A stretch of DNA of 19,744 nucleotides from an archaeon (GTDB taxonomy: Archaea > EX4484-52 > B79-G9). The stretch covers positions 1-19,744 of the forward strand of contig JBDRKP010000018.1 in assembly GCA_043813875.1 (NCBI GenBank), read 5' to 3'. The notes under the pieces were generated by a model. That model did no database searches, was not told the origin of the DNA, and was given only the letters and a program-made list of their open reading frames with translations. The position numbers and the translations under genes were made by a program. Shown here piece by piece: positions 16,367 through 19,744 of the stretch (the stretch's first letter is position 1; each line of letters opens with the position of its first letter).

Positions 16367-17413
16367 ATGATGAATGCAGGGATTGTCGGTTACGGGGCTT
16401 ATATTCCCCGGTTGAGGATCAAAGTCGAGACTATCGCCGCGGTCTGGGGCAAAGACGGGAGCGCTATCCGTGCTGGCCTCAAGATAGATGAGAAGGCTGT
16501 GCCTAACCATGACGAAGATACTGCAACGATTTCTGTGCATGCGGCACTGAATGCGCTGCGCAGGGCAAAGATTGACCCGAAGGAGATTGGAGCCATATAT
16601 GTCGGATCCGAGTCTCATCCTTATGCTGTCAAGCCGACATCTACGATTGTCGGGGAGGCTATCGGCGTCTCTAACAGCTATACTGCGGCGGATCTTGAGT
16701 TCGCGTGCAAGGCGGGGACTGCTGGAATGCAGATTGCCATGGGGCTTGCTGCTTCCGGGATGATCAAATACGGGCTTGCGATCGGCGCTGATACTGCGCA
16801 GGGTGCGCCGGGGAACGCGCTTGAGTATTCTGCTGCGGGCGGTGGGGCTGCTTATATCATCGGTGCCAAGAAAGATGAGATGATCGCCCAGTTTGATGAG
16901 ACTTATTCTTTTTCATCTGATACGCCTGATTTCTGGCGAAGGAATCATGCGAGATACCCGTCGCATGGCGGGAGATTTACAGGCGGGCCGGCATATTTTC
17001 GGCATGTTGAGGGCGCGACCAATGGCATCCTTGAGAAGATGGGCGCGAAGGTAGATGATTTTGATCATGTGGTGTTCCATATGCCGAACGGGAAGTTCCC
17101 GCTGAATATGGCACAGAAGTATGGGATACCTAAGGAGAAAATCGCTAACGGGTTTGTTGTCCAGAAGATAGGAAACACGTACTCGGGGTGTACGCCTCTT
17201 GGGCTTTCTGCCATCCTTGATGTCGCAAAGCCAGGCGAGCGGATACTTGCGACGTCTTACGGGTCCGGCTCAGGATCTGATTCTTTTGCGCTTACTGTGA
17301 CTGATCTTATCGATGAGAGGAGAGATCTTGCAAAGACTACGAAGATGTATATCGATAACAAGAAGTATATCGATTATCCTACTTATGCAAAGTTCAGAGG
17401 TAAAATACGTTAA
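16367..17413 (+). CDS. HMG-CoA synthase, archaeal type
   Basis: [40 protein letters not shown] (catalytic Cys), [24 protein letters not shown] and SYGSGSGSD. Confidence 0.96.
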   Translation: MMNAGIVGYGAYIPRLRIKVETIAAVWGKDGSAIRAGLKIDEKAVPNHDEDTATISVHAALNALRRAKIDPKEIGAIYVGSESHPYAVKPTSTIVGEAIGVSNSYTAADLEFACKAGTAGMQIAMGLAASGMIKYGLAIGADTAQGAPGNALEYSAAGGGAAYIIGAKKDEMIAQFDETYSFSSDTPDFWRRNHARYPSHGGRFTGGPAYFRHVEGATNGILEKMGAKVDDFDHVVFHMPNGKFPLNMAQKYGIPKEKIANGFVVQKIGNTYSGCTPLGLSAILDVAKPGERILATSYGSGSGSDSFALTVTDLIDERRDLAKTTKMYIDNKKYIDYPTYAKFRGKIR

Positions 17414-17426
17414 ACCAGGTGTATAT

Positions 17427-18584
17427 ATGCGGGTTGCTGTTATCGGTGTCGGACTGACCAAATTCGGGGAATTGTGGAACAAGTCACTCAGGGATATCGC
17501 TCTTGAGGCGGGTATCAAGGCCATCCAGGATGCGAATATAGCTGCCAAGGATATCAATGCAATGTTTATCGGGAATATGAGTGCGGGGCGCTTTTCAGGC
17601 CAGGAGCATCTGGGGGCGCTTGTCGCTGACCAGGTGGGCCTTAATATACCTTCGACGAGGGTAGAGGGCGCATGCGCTTCAGGCAGCCTTGCGCTGCGTG
17701 AGGGCCTGGCTTCCATCATGTCCGGCATGAGTGATGTCGTTCTTGTCGGAGGGGCCGAGAAGATGACTGATATCTCTACGGAGTTTGCGACCACGGGGCT
17801 TATGGGCGCCGCTGATGAGGAATGGGAAGGATTTCACGGGCTGACGTTCCCGGGGCTTTATGCGCTGATGGCAAGAAGACACATGCATGATTTCGGAACG
17901 ACTAGGGAGCAGCTTGCTTGTGTCGCTGTGAAGAACCATCATCATGCCACTATGAATAAAGATGTTGCGCAGTACCCGTTTGAGATTAGTGTTGACCAAG
18001 TACTTAATTCGGCGATGATCTCTGATCCTCTGACTCTGCTTGACTGCTCGCCACTTACGGATGGCGGGGCGGCGGTCATATTGTGCAGGGAGGATCTTGC
18101 AAAGAAATATACTGATACGCCGATATATATCACCGGAAGCGGACAGGCGTCGGATACGCTTGCGCTGCATGACCGCTCATCGATTACCGGTGTGAAGGCG
18201 GCGGTGCTTGCTTCAAAGGTGGCCTATAAGATGGCGGGTGTCAGCGTGAAGGATATCAATGTGTGCGAAGTGCATGACTGCTTCACTATCGCAGAGATCA
18301 TGGCAACTGAAGATCTCGGGTTCGCTAAGAAAGGTGAGGGCGGGAAGTTCATCGAGGATGGAAACACAAAGCTTGGCGGCAAGATACCGATCAATACTTC
18401 AGGCGGGCTAAAGGCATGCGGGCATCCTGTCGGCGCCACGGGCATCAAACAGGCGTGCGAGATTGTTACGCAGCTTCGCGGAAATGCCGGCAAGAGGCAG
18501 GTCGGCGGGGCGGAAATCGGGATGACGCATAATGTCGGCGGAAGCGGCGCGACATGTGTCGTCAATATATTCAGGAGGTCCTGA
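17427..18584 (+). CDS. Acetoacetyl-CoA thiolase (archaeal, SCP2-thiolase-like)
   Basis: [41 protein letters not shown] and HNVGG. An AGGTG RBS precedes ATG 17427; the ORF-track start at 17313 is over-extended. Confidence 0.95.
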   Translation: MRVAVIGVGLTKFGELWNKSLRDIALEAGIKAIQDANIAAKDINAMFIGNMSAGRFSGQEHLGALVADQVGLNIPSTRVEGACASGSLALREGLASIMSGMSDVVLVGGAEKMTDISTEFATTGLMGAADEEWEGFHGLTFPGLYALMARRHMHDFGTTREQLACVAVKNHHHATMNKDVAQYPFEISVDQVLNSAMISDPLTLLDCSPLTDGGAAVILCREDLAKKYTDTPIYITGSGQASDTLALHDRSSITGVKAAVLASKVAYKMAGVSVKDINVCEVHDCFTIAEIMATEDLGFAKKGEGGKFIEDGNTKLGGKIPINTSGGLKACGHPVGATGIKQACEIVTQLRGNAGKRQVGGAEIGMTHNVGGSGATCVVNIFRRS

Positions 18585-18585
18585 T

Positions 18586-19002
18586 ATGCATAAGACATCT
18601 GTTGCAATGCTTTGGAGGCGTTTCAAGAACAAGTACCAGCTTTACGGGACATATTGCGAGAAATGCAAGACTGATTATTATCCTCCAAGAGAGATATGCC
18701 CTGTGTGCAGAAGACTGGGCAAAATCGTTGAGAAGAAGTTCAGCAATTATGGCGAGATTGTGAGCTATACGCAGACACATGCATCTCCTGCAGGTTTTGA
18801 GAAAAGCGTACCTTATACTGTCGCACTAGTCAAAATGGATAATGGGCCTACTGTTGTCGGACAGCTTATCGACACCGATGAAGAGAAAGTGAAAATCGGG
18901 CTGCGTGTCGAGACTACTTTTCGGAAAATATACGAAGACGGAGAGGAAGGAATCATCCATTACGGCCTCAAGTTCATGCCGATCACGCATGAGAATCTTT
19001 AG
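18586..19002 (+). CDS. DUF35 Zn-ribbon/OB-fold scaffold protein of the thiolase-HMGS complex
   Basis: CEKC...YYPPREICPVC, GEIVSYT, PY.VALV and FRKI..DG..GIIHYGLKF. A GGAGG RBS precedes ATG 18586. Confidence 0.93.
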   Translation: MHKTSVAMLWRRFKNKYQLYGTYCEKCKTDYYPPREICPVCRRLGKIVEKKFSNYGEIVSYTQTHASPAGFEKSVPYTVALVKMDNGPTVVGQLIDTDEEKVKIGLRVETTFRKIYEDGEEGIIHYGLKFMPITHENL

Positions 19003-19095
19003 GGTTTTTCAGAATAATTTTTTCTTTTAAAACAATTATTGATGAATGGCCTAGGGCGACGGGTACTCTATCAATCCGGTAATCCCCTTGAAGAT

Positions 19096-19605
19096 GGTCG
19101 TTAATTATATTACCGCGTTCTGATAAGTAGATAATCATGTCACCGTTGAAAAAACGGGGACCTAAACAAAAGATAAAACCACTCCAATGCCCGTACTGTG
19201 GTCGAACAGATTGTGTGATATGCGAAAACTCCAAGAAAAAGAAATTCAGATGCAAACACTGCAATAAAATGTACAACCATCGGACAAATACACTCTTTGC
19301 ATACAAGAAAACCGCCGAACAAGTTATCCTCCTGTGCATAACGCTTTTTTCATTTGGCGTAAGCATATCTGTTGTATCATATGCGACAAAAATAACCGAA
19401 GATACTTTGGCTCGATGGAAGAAAGAAGCATCGAAATACTGCAAGAAAGTCCATGACAGATATGTACGCGGGATACATAGCGAATTCATACAACTTGATG
19501 AGTTGTGGAGTTATGTACTGTCCAAAATAAAACAGCAATGGATATGGACTGCGATTGATGTAAAAAGCAGACTTCTGATTGCATTTATCGTTGCTCCTCG
19601 CAAGT
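19096..19605 (+). mobile_element. IS1-family element, 5' part (interrupted)
   Basis: Candidate left terminus GGTCGT at 19096 (tentative), followed by an IS1-type transposase ORF cut off by another element. Confidence 0.65.
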
Positions 19606-19613
19606 GTGAATAA
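19137..19613 (+). pseudogene. IS1-family transposase, truncated
   Basis: Zn ribbon (CPYC...FRCKHC), HTH, and the start of the DDE domain (QLDELWSYV...WIWTAID..SR). It stops just after the first catalytic Asp region, and its stop codon lies inside the inserted IS200/IS605 end. Confidence 0.85.
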
Positions 19614-19744
19614 CCCGCCCATAAATGGGCGGGCGTCTCGACATTGGTTAAATTGGTTCATGACGCAAACTCGAGCAACGAATGTTGCTTGCTGTTTTTC
19701 TCCTCATCCCAATGCTTTTTCTGCGACTCTTTGACATAATGTCC
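19606..19744 (-). mobile_element. IS200/IS605-family element end (partial)
   Basis: The minus strand ends GACGCCCGCCCATTTATGGGCGGGTTATTCAC: a subterminal GC-rich hairpin (19614-19633) plus a TTCAC terminus, typical of IS200/IS605 right ends. Confidence 0.75.
19658..19744 (-). CDS. tnpA: C-terminus of a probable IS200/IS605 TnpA (Y1 HUH transposase), partial
   Basis: Manual translation GHYVKESQKKHWDEEKNSKQHSLLEFAS* resembles the catalytic-Tyr helix and tail of archaeal TnpA. It sits next to the IS200/605-type end. Confidence 0.6.
   Translation of the reverse strand, partial: GHYVKESQKKHWDEEKNSKQHSLLEFAS

Noticed and set aside
19051..19095. Minus-strand IFKGITGLIEYPSP* as the tail of a gene disrupted by IS1
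   Set aside because: It is only 14 codons, too short to distinguish from chance without the other IS1 flank.
867..19661. Numerous antisense or alternate-frame ORFs in the track (e.g. 4560..5036, 9492..10028, 12350..12937, 14709..15275, 17270..17794, 18983..19489)
   Set aside because: They are shadows of well-supported genes on the opposite strand or frame, with no motifs of their own.
1..19744. Whole region as a composite transposon
   Set aside because: The flanking IS elements belong to different families and both are incomplete in the window. There is no shared target duplication.

Overview
This is archaeal DNA, judged from archaeal-type HMG-CoA synthase, thiolase and DUF35 genes, TATA-box promoters and GGTGA/GAGG-type RBSs. 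A DPANN-like host is suspected but not provable here. The core is a dispersed upper-mevalonate-pathway cluster on the + strand: an atypical mevalonate-kinase-like GHMP kinase, a class I HMG-CoA reductase, a class II HMG-CoA reductase, and an HMG-CoA synthase/thiolase/DUF35 operon. Accessory genes are interleaved: an AI-2E transporter, Cys-rich surface proteins, a RelE-type toxin-antitoxin pair and a membrane TPR protein. The left part has a VanZ gene, two MscS channels, a PRC-barrel protein and a TSP3-repeat KP-43-like S8 protease. Insertion sequences lie at both window edges: an IS481-like end on the left, and on the right an IS1 transposase interrupted by an IS200/IS605 element. The most unusual signals are (i) a ~270-bp non-coding element at 6366-6636 made almost entirely of nested hairpins, with G-T wobbles that favour minus-strand folding; (ii) an AT-rich single-gene cassette bracketed by an exact 31-bp direct repeat that supplies stop codons to two genes; and (iii) both HMGR classes together with a kinase whose canonical mevalonate-kinase catalytic residues are substituted. 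All calls come from manual reading and recalled family motifs; no searches were run.
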